Positions 1-7,686 of a DNA stretch of 16,707 bases are shown piece by piece; position 1 is the stretch's first letter, and each line of letters opens with the position of its first letter. The DNA is from Phycisphaerales bacterium. Lineage in GTDB: Bacteria; Planctomycetota; Phycisphaerae; WQYP01. The notes beneath the pieces are model-generated. The model did no database searches. It saw only the letters and a list, made by a program, of their open reading frames with translations, and was not told where the DNA came from. Position numbers and translations under genes: made by a program. The stretch lies in NCBI GenBank assembly GCA_027451365.1, contig DAIDJN010000012.1, positions 1 through 16,707 on the forward strand, written 5' to 3'.

Positions 1-112
1 GGGCTGCGCCCCTCCCTGCGCCTACGCCGGGCCGCCACGCCACTGGAGTATCGATGTCAGGGTGACACTTCTACTTCGGCTAACAGGGTGACATTTCTAC
101 TTCTTGACAACA
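1..112. mobile_element. Terminal region of an insertion sequence, IS1202/ISNCY- or IS481-like; the rest lies left of the window
   Basis: Two 20-bp direct repeats (58-77, 84-103) are followed by TTGACAACA, i.e. a 5'-TGT terminus on the minus strand. A TGT end with tandem transposase-binding repeats is typical of IS1202/IS481-type ends. The exact tip could be 109, 112 or 114. Confidence 0.7.
58..103 (+). repeat. Tandem 20-bp direct repeats CAGGGTGACA(C/T)TTCTACTTC, 26-bp period; putative transposase-binding sites
   Basis: Read directly: cagggtgacacttctacttc (58-77) and cagggtgacatttctacttc (84-103), one mismatch. Confidence 0.9.
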
Positions 113-325
113 CATGCCCGCTTTGCCGAAGCCGCACCCACCCGGATTTCCCCGGCTGGATTGATTAACGGAACCAAGAAAAACCAGAGGGCCTCGAGCC
201 AGACGCCCAGGCCCCGGACGATCAACCGGAGGAGTCCCGCCGGCCGCTCGCGGAGCGGGGACGACGATTATATATTTACCCTTCCAGGCCCTGCATTATG
301 CTTCGCCGCAGCGCAGGCATTTCTA

Positions 326-1201
326 TCATTCCACCGCAGTCACAACAACGCAATTCCCTGTTGGATCACGCAATTGCAGTTCGCCGTCTGATATGGTCGC
401 GGCGGCGGCAATTTTAATGGAATCATAAATGGCTTGGCTTGGCGGCCGGATGCGGAATTGAACTAGTCCGGGGGCACCAGCGGGATTGCGCGGTGCGCCA
501 AGGCTTTCCCAGGTGTTCAAACCGATATGATGATGGTAGCCGCCATAGGAAAGAAATGCGGCAGACTGACCAAAGCGCTGCATCAGGTTCATTTTTAAAA
601 TATTGCGGTAAAAATCCTCAGATGCGGTCAGGTCTGCGACGCGCAGGTGGAGGTGACCAATTCGGGTGTTTATCGACAGGCTGCCAGAATCAGCACCGGC
701 GGGCGATTCCGCCAGCAGTCCGTCGATGTCCAGCCGATCTGTTCCCATTGCCAGATGGCCTTGGTAAAAGGGCCAAAGCTCCGCGGGCCGATCATAATAC
801 ATTTCGATTCCGTTCCCTTCCGGATCGGCCATGTACAGCGCTTCGCTTACACCATGGTCCGCGGCCCCGGCAATTCGCACACCGGCGGCGATCAATTGCC
901 GTAGCTTTTGGGCTAGCGCCGGCCTGGATGGCAGGAGAAAGGCGATATGGTATAACCCCGTTGCCCGGTATCCGGCTGGCGAAACGATCGCCTGACGCAG
1001 ATTTAAAAGCGGCTGGCCACCAATTCCCAATATCACTTCGCGCCGACTCCGCCGCAGTTCGGTCAGGCCGATCATGCGGTTATAAAAGTCCGCACACCGT
1101 TGCAAATCGCTGACGGCCAAGGTGACTGGCGACAGGACCGTGCATTCATGCGGATATGCGTCGGGTGAGCGATCTGATGGTGGTTTGACGTCTGTTTTCA
1201 T
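326..1201 (-). CDS. VOC/glyoxalase-family protein, CatE-like catechol 2,3-dioxygenase-like
   Basis: Two VOC domains with motifs GLYHIAFLLP, DHGVSEALY, DPEGNGIE, IGHLHL and YGGYHHHIGLNTW. Start set at ATG 1201 (MKTDV) rather than TTG 1219. Confidence 0.88.
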   Translation of the reverse strand: MKTDVKPPSDRSPDAYPHECTVLSPVTLAVSDLQRCADFYNRMIGLTELRRSRREVILGIGGQPLLNLRQAIVSPAGYRATGLYHIAFLLPSRPALAQKLRQLIAAGVRIAGAADHGVSEALYMADPEGNGIEMYYDRPAELWPFYQGHLAMGTDRLDIDGLLAESPAGADSGSLSINTRIGHLHLRVADLTASEDFYRNILKMNLMQRFGQSAAFLSYGGYHHHIGLNTWESLGAPRNPAGAPGLVQFRIRPPSQAIYDSIKIAAAATISDGELQLRDPTGNCVVVTAVE

Positions 1202-1232
1202 AAAGCGGCACCTGGCCAAAACTTTCTTAATA

Positions 1233-1250
1233 TAGTTTATGTGTAAACTA
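1233..1250. promoter_or_regulatory. Palindromic operator TAGTTTA-N4-TAAACTA; candidate repressor site
   Basis: Perfect 7-bp inverted repeat overlapping the spacer and -10 element of the VOC promoter. Confidence 0.65.
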
Positions 1251-1262
1251 ATATAATGTCAA
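1234..1262 (-). promoter_or_regulatory. Sigma70-type promoter of the VOC gene
   Basis: Minus strand TTGACA (1262-1257), 17-nt spacer, TAAACT (1239-1234). Confidence 0.75.
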
Positions 1263-1344
1263 GCTGTATTTTGGCCTCCGATCACAAAATCTGGCAATTC
1301 GCGCGTGGCAATCAGAAATTGCCCGCACTAATCAAATTTTAACA

Positions 1345-1372
1345 TTGACATCGCCCGACAATGTTTTATTAT
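1345..1372 (+). promoter_or_regulatory. Sigma70-type promoter candidate for the STAS gene
   Basis: TTGACA (1345-1350), 16-nt spacer, TATTAT (1367-1372), in AT-rich divergent intergenic DNA. Confidence 0.5.
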
Positions 1373-1532
1373 AGGATTGTTAGAAGCGGTATGCGACTGC
1401 CTGGCAGGCGCGCAGTTTACGGGCCATGGGCAAGTGAACTGAACGTGCGGCTGTCGCCGTCCGCATCTGATTTACCCGCCTTTGGCGAGTGAAAACCTTT
1501 GGTGCAGAATGATTTTATCCGGAGATTCCATC

Positions 1533-1916
1533 ATGCAACAAGACGCCGCCCGGTTAAAAATAACCCGCGATGGCGAGATTGTGCTTGTGGAATTCACTTC
1601 CCGTCGGATTCTTGATGAAGCCAATATCGCCGAAATTGGTGACGAGCTTGCGACCTTGGTCGAAAGCGAATACCGTCCCAAAATCATTATTTCCTTTGCC
1701 GGGGTGGATCATTTATCTTCCGCCGCCCTTGGTACGCTGATCACAGTCAATAACAAAGTTCGCAGCCGCGATGGTCAATTGCGGTTATGTGACATCAATC
1801 CTCAGATATTCGAGGTTTTTCTGATAACAAAACTTAATAAGTTGTTTCAGATTTATCCGACTATTAAGGAAGCAAAGGAAAGCGTGCTGCCCAAGGATCG
1901 TTCGCCATCTGATTGA
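1533..1916 (+). CDS. STAS-domain anti-sigma factor antagonist (RsbV/SpoIIAA-like)
   Basis: Motifs ISFAGVDHLSSAALGTL (phospho-Ser region) and LRLCDINPQIFEVFLITKL. GGAG precedes ATG 1533. Confidence 0.9.
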   Translation: MQQDAARLKITRDGEIVLVEFTSRRILDEANIAEIGDELATLVESEYRPKIIISFAGVDHLSSAALGTLITVNNKVRSRDGQLRLCDINPQIFEVFLITKLNKLFQIYPTIKEAKESVLPKDRSPSD

Positions 1917-2060
1917 ACTTTTCGCATCCTTGCCTGCACGTGCGGTAAATATGGTTGTGTGCGCAACAGAACATGAAGTTCGCGCCGACTGATACAGGGA
2001 ATGGACGCCCTGACCGTGTGAAAGCGGTTTGCTCGTGATTGTTCACGAATTGGGCGTGTT

Positions 2061-2591
2061 ATGCGACAGATGCAGATAAAAAGTGATGTCAACCATCCTT
2101 CATCTTCCGACGGCCGGCGCTCCGTAAAAGTTGGCTCAGTCCACGGCACTCATACTTTGTGGTACAAGCTAGAGATGCCCAGCGACGTCCGATGTGCCCA
2201 CGATCTTGAAGAAAAAATCCTTTGTCAGTGCCAGCAACTCTCCTATACCGACCGTGACCTTTTTGCTCTTAAGCTCGCCATTGAAGAAGCCTTCGCCAAC
2301 GCAGTCAAGCACGGCAACAAGCTCGACCCTCATAAAATTGTTCACGTGAAATACCGAATTACACCGCGACGCGTGGATGTTGTCATTGAAGATGAGGGGA
2401 CCGGCTTTAATCCCGCTTCTCTGCCTGATCCTACCTCCGAGTGTAATATCCAGCATACCAGCGGTCGCGGGCTGCTGCTGATGCGGGCCTTTATGAACAA
2501 TGTGGTCTTCAATTCATCGGGTAATGCGGTTACTTTGACAAAATTTAACGAATGCCCTCGCCGGTCCACGCGGCGGGTTGCCTTCGGCTGA
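2061..2591 (+). CDS. RsbW/SpoIIAB-like anti-sigma factor Ser kinase (HATPase_c_2)
   Basis: N-box EAFANAVKHGN, G1 IEDEGTGF, G2 SGRGLLLM; lies downstream of the STAS gene. Start uncertain (2061 or 2070). Confidence 0.88.
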   Translation: MRQMQIKSDVNHPSSSDGRRSVKVGSVHGTHTLWYKLEMPSDVRCAHDLEEKILCQCQQLSYTDRDLFALKLAIEEAFANAVKHGNKLDPHKIVHVKYRITPRRVDVVIEDEGTGFNPASLPDPTSECNIQHTSGRGLLLMRAFMNNVVFNSSGNAVTLTKFNECPRRSTRRVAFG

Positions 2592-2734
2592 TTTCCGACG
2601 CCCCGTCCATCCGCCCCGGTTCCCTGATCCAGTTATTTCGCCATTGTGCGGCCTGCGCGCTCGCCGTTCCGCGGTCGGCATTCGCAGTCAACGCGCTGCA
2701 TTGTCGCATCATGTCACCTGCCTGGAACACTGTT

Positions 2735-3082
2735 TCACGATTTCGGCTTGGTATTACCCGCTTGGGTTGCCGCGGGCTGGCTGTTGGTGGCCTGAATCGT
2801 GGCATTAATCCGTTCTTTCATCAGGCGACCCGCCTTGAAATGAACCTTACGCCTTGTGGGAACTGACACGCGGTCAAGGGTTTTTGGGTTTTGAGCGATT
2901 CGTGCGGGCCGGGACCGACATTGAAAAATGCCGAAGTCACGAAACTCCAAGCGATTATTCTTGCCAAGCTCATTGATCATTTCCTCCAGAAAAGCCTGAA
3001 TGATGCGCTTGGCATCTCGGCGTGGCACCTGCAGGTTTTCGGCTACGTGTTCAATGAGGTCTTTCTTGGTGATCGTGCTCAT
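2735..3082 (-). CDS. HU/IHF-family DNA-binding protein
   Basis: TKKDLIEHVA, RLEFRDFGIF, RIAQNPKT and VHFKAGRLMK motifs, plus a short C-terminal tail. Confidence 0.93.
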   Translation of the reverse strand: MSTITKKDLIEHVAENLQVPRRDAKRIIQAFLEEMINELGKNNRLEFRDFGIFQCRSRPARIAQNPKTLDRVSVPTRRKVHFKAGRLMKERINATIQATNSQPAATQAGNTKPKS

Positions 3083-3161
3083 CGGTGCGCATTCCCCGGT
3101 TGTTCAAGTCGCGTCACTTAAACCCTGAATCGCGGGTTTAACTCGACTTTGATACGCTGGC

Positions 3162-3190
3162 ATTATGTGATTGCGGTTTTAACCCGTCAA
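3162..3190 (-). promoter_or_regulatory. Sigma70-type promoter of the HU/IHF gene
   Basis: Minus strand TTGACG (3190-3185), 17-nt spacer, CATAAT (3167-3162). Confidence 0.6.
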
Positions 3191-3294
3191 GACAAAAAGC
3201 TCATTAACTGCCATTTTATTTTGGTCGCAAGCAACATTGTGGGCGTTGGGAAGCCGCTTTTTAGCCCAAACAGGGCCGAATCGAATGCCACGGT

Positions 3295-3909
3295 TTAAAC
3301 CGGCGGAATCATTTTCGCCTCAGTCGCACGGGCCGCCATTTCGTTAAGCAGCGGGCCAAGATTCTCATATATCACGCCGTCCATTTTGGTTTGCCTTATT
3401 TGTTGTCCCGCCGATTTATAGGTAATCGTGACGATGCCATGGCTTGCCCATTTGCGGTTGTCTATAGCGGTGATGTTGTTCCAGAGTATCTGCGTGCGAT
3501 CCGCCAGGATCAGCCCGTCTTCCGAAGCGGTGATTTGTCGGCCTCGCACGCGGAAGAACCAAATCAGACTGCCCAGTCCCAGTACCACGGTCACCAGAAA
3601 TATCCAACGCTGGTTTTTTATGTCAGTGACGCTGTGCCATCCGGCAAAGTTCGACCTGTGCACAAACCGGTCAAATTTCAGCCTTTGCGCCGCAGCGGCT
3701 TTCTGCCAGCCGGGCCAGGTGTGAAGAAGTCTCTTTCCGCGAGCCGATATATCGTGCGATTGCAGCATTTTGCGAACAATTGCATTATCCTGTTTCGGCC
3801 AATTAATCCAGCCATCGGATGCCAGCCATGCGGCGGCCGCCAATACCAGAATTGCCAGTATCAACGGGCGTCTTTTTTCCCATGAACTGATCGTTGCCAC
3901 AACTGCCAT
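3295..3909 (-). CDS. Hypothetical membrane protein with 2 TM segments and a soluble C-terminal domain
   Basis: AGGAG RBS before ATG 3909. Hydrophobic stretches PLILAILVLAAAAWLA and WIFLVTVVLGLGSLIWFF; beta-rich C-terminus. Confidence 0.8.
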   Translation of the reverse strand: MAVVATISSWEKRRPLILAILVLAAAAWLASDGWINWPKQDNAIVRKMLQSHDISARGKRLLHTWPGWQKAAAAQRLKFDRFVHRSNFAGWHSVTDIKNQRWIFLVTVVLGLGSLIWFFRVRGRQITASEDGLILADRTQILWNNITAIDNRKWASHGIVTITYKSAGQQIRQTKMDGVIYENLGPLLNEMAARATEAKMIPPV

Positions 3910-3957
3910 ATTGTCTCCTGTGGCCGCATCGCAGCCGATTACCGTCGAAATCTGCCG

Positions 3958-4230
3958 CTATAATCCGGGTGGGCCGAATTCCTCGCGTAACAAATGTTCC
4001 CAGAACCAACTGCTTAGCCCGCGGGGAAATTCGCCCTTTCCCACCGGATGCGCTGGAATGTGTATTGTACTGTCAGGATGCGCCAGCCCCCATTCAATAA
4101 AGCGGCTGGTTTCGTCAATCATACGCTGACGCATTTCATCGTAGGTTTCGCCTAGCGGTCGTGATCTTATATACAATCTGAACAAGATGGGTCGCTTTCG
4201 GTTTAAGTAAGCCTTCGGAGAAAACGCCAA
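3958..4230 (-). CDS. Small hypothetical protein (~90 aa; start uncertain)
   Basis: Fills the gap between ald and the 204-aa gene on the same strand; protein-like composition (MIDETSRFIEWGLAHP). TTG start is not well supported. Confidence 0.55.
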   Translation of the reverse strand: MAFSPKAYLNRKRPILFRLYIRSRPLGETYDEMRQRMIDETSRFIEWGLAHPDSTIHIPAHPVGKGEFPRGLSSWFWEHLLREEFGPPGL

Positions 4231-4470
4231 ACGCTTTTGTCAGAATTATAAATTGCCAATGGCAGAAGGCAAATGCTAATTGCCGTTAAAAAATCGACGG
4301 GTCGGCAAATTGTTCCGGCGGCGGCCAAAACGCGTCCTATTGATCCGTAAATTCCAAGCTCACACGGCGTCGCCAATGGCCAAAAGTGGCGGGGTATCCG
4401 GATTTGTCGGGACGGTTCCGGGCGATCCTTGAATCGCCAGAAAAATCAGCTGACCAATATTCCTCCGGCG

Positions 4471-5574
4471 TCAGCCACGTTCCGGCGAAGACCGTTTTAC
4501 CGCCGCCGCCAGACCGCTATGGACAATCCGGCCACTTTGAATATTTAAACCTGCCGCCAGCCCGGGATTATTCGCGGCCGCGCTTTCCCAGCCCCGGTCT
4601 GCAATTGCCGCCAGGTATGGGAATGTGGCGTTGCATAAAGCCCAGGTACTGGTGCGACCTACGGCACCGGGCATGTTGGTCACGCAATAGTGCACCACCC
4701 CATCAATTACAAAAGTTGGCTTCTGATGAGTGGTCGGGTGGCTGGTTTCCACGCATCCGCCCTGGTCAATAGCCACATCGACTATGACACTTCCCGGCTG
4801 CATGCGCCGCAGATCTGCTGCAGATACCAGGCGGGGCGCCCGGTCTCCCGGAATCAGCACCGCGCCAACTACCAGGTCCGCTCTGGCCAGGGCATCGCGC
4901 ACGTTATGGATATCAGAATAAATGGTGGTGACATTCGCTGGCATCACATCCGCCAGATACCGCAGCCGGGGCAGATTAATATCCATCAGTGTAACGCTTG
5001 CTCCAAGGCCCGCGGCCACACGGGCGGCATTCTGTCCCACCACTCCCGCTCCCAGCACCGCCACTCTGGCCGGGGCTACCCCCGGCACACCGCCCAGCAG
5101 TATGCCGCGGCCCATCATTGGCTTTTCCAGATATTTCGCGCCTTCTTGTATCGACATTTTGCCGGCTATTTCGGACATGGGTGTCAGGCACGGAAGTTGG
5201 CCTGTTTTATCCGTGATCGTTTCGTATGCCACGGCGGTGATGCCCGCATTCAAACAGGCATCGGTCAGCGATGCGGCGGCGGCGAAATGGAAATAGGTCA
5301 GTACAATTTGTCTCGCCCGAAGCAGCACATATTCCGATTCTTGAGGTTCTTTGACCTTTACCAGAAGTTCGGCGCGTCTCCAGATTTCCGCTGGGACACA
5401 TTCTATTTTTGCGCCTGCGGCAACGTAGTCTTCATCGGTGATGCCGCTGCCTAAGCCCGCCTTAGATTCAATCAGTACCGTATGACCATGGGCCGTCAGG
5501 TGCTCCACCCCAGCGGGGATGATTGCCACGCGGTATTCGTCCGGTTTAATTTCTTTTGGAATGCCGATAATCAT
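4471..5574 (-). CDS. ald: Alanine dehydrogenase
   Basis: N-terminus MIIGIPKEIKPDEYRVA; VKVKEP, TYFHFAA, PMSEIAG, GAGVVG, DVAIDQGGC and HYCVTNMPGAV motifs. Start ATG 5574 gives 367 aa. Confidence 0.96.
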   Translation of the reverse strand: MIIGIPKEIKPDEYRVAIIPAGVEHLTAHGHTVLIESKAGLGSGITDEDYVAAGAKIECVPAEIWRRAELLVKVKEPQESEYVLLRARQIVLTYFHFAAAASLTDACLNAGITAVAYETITDKTGQLPCLTPMSEIAGKMSIQEGAKYLEKPMMGRGILLGGVPGVAPARVAVLGAGVVGQNAARVAAGLGASVTLMDINLPRLRYLADVMPANVTTIYSDIHNVRDALARADLVVGAVLIPGDRAPRLVSAADLRRMQPGSVIVDVAIDQGGCVETSHPTTHQKPTFVIDGVVHYCVTNMPGAVGRTSTWALCNATFPYLAAIADRGWESAAANNPGLAAGLNIQSGRIVHSGLAAAVKRSSPERG

Positions 5575-5769
5575 GACCGATACTATATCGCCAATGGTTC
5601 CAAATGCACGACCTGCGTCGATTGACAGAGCCAATTGAATACGCGGTGTCCCGGATTTCTTCACACGTGGCGATTGATGACACGTTCGCGGTCGCAATTT
5701 TTGCCCGTGTTGGCGGCCGATTCACGCCGCAGCTCGTAATAAGCGCTGTGTCACCATATTCTGGTTGCC

Positions 5770-5809
5770 AAATAAAAAGGTCCCGTGGATTGGTGAAATC
5801 CACGGGACC
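5770..5809 (-). terminator. Rho-independent terminator downstream of the exported His-rich protein gene
   Basis: 13-bp stem GGTCCCGTGGATT (5779-5791)/AATCCACGGGACC (5797-5809), followed on the minus strand by TTTTTATTT. Confidence 0.85.
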
Positions 5810-5873
5810 ATCAGTAACCTGCCGGACCGTATGAGCCATTAAAGGAGGGATATAGGGACTTTGGCGCTTTGGC

Positions 5874-6368
5874 TCAGTGGGGAGGACCATGCCTCATGTG
5901 CCGGCCCTGATGCAGGGTAATCGTTCCAGTGCTGGCATCCTGTCCAACACTTACTGTTATCGGGTGACGGGTTCGACCGAAGCCGACGTGCCGATCCATT
6001 GCCATAATGCGGTAGGTCCCGACTGGCGCATTGTTGACGGTAAAGGTGCCGTCATCAGCGGTGCGTGTGACACCGAAAGTCATGTGATGCCAAATCGTCT
6101 GGCCGGGTTGGGGCTGTGGCGGCCGTTTGTGGTGACCTTTCCCGCCAGCCATCCATTTGGGAAGCATCATCAATCGGACCATTGCCCCGCCAACCGGATT
6201 GCCGCTGGAATCGACCACTTTGCCGGTGATGCTGCCCGTGGCGGCGGCATTGGGATCGGCAGTGTTCGCAGCCACCTGGGCAGAGGCTGGGCGCTGTACG
6301 GCCAAGCCAACGCCTAAGGCCAAAATCAGAGCCACTAAAAATGGGGGAAGATACGAGATTTTTTTCAT
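5874..6368 (-). CDS. Exported carboxypeptidase-regulatory-like (transthyretin-like fold) domain protein, His-rich
   Basis: AGGAGA RBS before ATG 6368; signal peptide MKKISYLPPFLVALILALGVGLAVQRPASA; GSITGKVVDSSGNPVGGAMV and TAADDGTF-like/NAPVGTYRI motifs. Confidence 0.85.
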   Translation of the reverse strand: MKKISYLPPFLVALILALGVGLAVQRPASAQVAANTADPNAAATGSITGKVVDSSGNPVGGAMVRLMMLPKWMAGGKGHHKRPPQPQPGQTIWHHMTFGVTRTADDGTFTVNNAPVGTYRIMAMDRHVGFGRTRHPITVSVGQDASTGTITLHQGRHMRHGPPH

Positions 6369-6463
6369 GGCTTTCTCCTGTGTTGAGCCATTCACGAATA
6401 GGGGTGAACACCCCGTAACCTGGCAAGTTTGGCCCGTTGCCAAACCGGTGCATCAGGGGGCCA

Positions 6464-6489
6464 AACGCAACGGGTTGAAAAAAGTTTCA
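6464..6489 (-). promoter_or_regulatory. ECF sigma-type promoter candidate (TGAAAC-N16-CGTT)
   Basis: Minus strand TGAAAC (6489-6484), T-rich 16-nt spacer, CGTT (6467-6464), about 95 nt upstream of ATG 6368. Confidence 0.55.
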
Positions 6490-6573
6490 GGCCTCCCGGA
6501 AAATAGCCACGACTTTTCAAAAATACGTAAAATCACCATTCAATCGCTTTTTTAATGATGCGATGTGAGTAGA

Positions 6574-7683
6574 ATGGCTGCCATGAACGTCCACCGGAAA
6601 ATATGCATCGTCTGGCTGCAAATCGTACTTATATTATCTTTGCTCGGCCTTTCGGGGTGTGGTTCGACGCCTTGGCAACCGGTCTGGCCACGCGGTCTTA
6701 GCCCCGCAAGCCGCGCCCAATTGCTTAAAGAGCCGTTGATAACGCAACCCTGGAACGATGCCGGCAGGCCAGGTGTCATAATTCAAACGCGCCATTACCG
6801 CATTTACACCACTTTGCAAAATCCTTTACAGCGGGTCTTGTGCGCACGTGTCGCAGAGGCCGCATGGCGGCGTTTTGCCGCATTGGTCCCAGGCACGCGC
6901 GTGTCTCCGCCACTGGTCGGTTATATTTTTCGCAATCGGAGGGAATGGGCCGCACATGTACGCGCAACTGCCGGGCCCTTGGCGACGGTATATCTTCACA
7001 TCCAGCAGGGGGGGTATGAACAAAGTGGCCAATTTGTTATCTGGAGGACCGGATTAAACGAAATGTTGTCTGTGCTGGCGCATGAATGCTGGCATCAATT
7101 AAGCTTCCGCTCGCTGCAGAACCATCTGCCAGCCTGGCTTGATGAGGGGTTGGCCACACAGAACGAGACGTTTTATTGGCATCACGGTCAGCCAATTTTT
7201 ACTCCATGGCGGAATCGACCCCGGTGGGATGCCCTGCAAGCGGCGTACGAACAAGGGCAGCTATTACCACTGGATACCTTGGCCAGCACGCAGGCGGGTG
7301 CCGTCATCATGCAGTCGGCACCGGTGGTACGGGCCTATTACGCCGAAGTTTGGTCCTTCATGCTTTTTCTTAAGCATAGCCGTTACCGCAGTCGGCTATT
7401 GGCGCTACTGGATGACGCCCACCTTGGAAAACTCAACCGACTGCTGGCAGGAAGCGGGCTTTCGCGTCGCGATATTGCCCTGCAAACCATCCGCTGGAAT
7501 TCTATTGCCGGTCCGATTTTTCTTCACGATTGCATTAGCCGCCATCCCGCGAAACTTCGGCAACGCTACCTTAAATTTGTCCAGCGGATGCTGGCCAAGT
7601 GGCCGCCGCCACCACCCCAACGTCGGAAAGGGGCCGTGGTGTCGAATGTCGCCCGTATGCAAAATGTCGCCGGGCGGGGTTAA
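6574..7683 (+). CDS. Lipoprotein with zincin-like HExxH motif (DUF1570/peptidase MA-like)
   Basis: Lipobox LSG-C (Cys codon 6658-6660); HECWH (7081-7095) followed by PAWLDEGLA; YYAEVWSF. Start could be 6565, 6574 or 6583. Confidence 0.82.
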   Translation: MAAMNVHRKICIVWLQIVLILSLLGLSGCGSTPWQPVWPRGLSPASRAQLLKEPLITQPWNDAGRPGVIIQTRHYRIYTTLQNPLQRVLCARVAEAAWRRFAALVPGTRVSPPLVGYIFRNRREWAAHVRATAGPLATVYLHIQQGGYEQSGQFVIWRTGLNEMLSVLAHECWHQLSFRSLQNHLPAWLDEGLATQNETFYWHHGQPIFTPWRNRPRWDALQAAYEQGQLLPLDTLASTQAGAVIMQSAPVVRAYYAEVWSFMLFLKHSRYRSRLLALLDDAHLGKLNRLLAGSGLSRRDIALQTIRWNSIAGPIFLHDCISRHPAKLRQRYLKFVQRMLAKWPPPPPQRRKGAVVSNVARMQNVAGRG

Positions 7684-7686
7684 GCA

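Noticed and set aside
58..103. Direct repeats as a mini CRISPR array
   Set aside because: Only two 20-bp units with a 6-nt gap and no cas genes; they fit IS subterminal repeats.
104..391. 95-aa + strand ORF
   Set aside because: Starts within the IS tip at TTG, overlaps the VOC stop and has no recognisable motif.
1290..1325. TGGCA...TTGC words as sigma54 promoters (also near 3158 and 4260)
   Set aside because: GG-to-GC spacing is 11-12 nt rather than the required 10.
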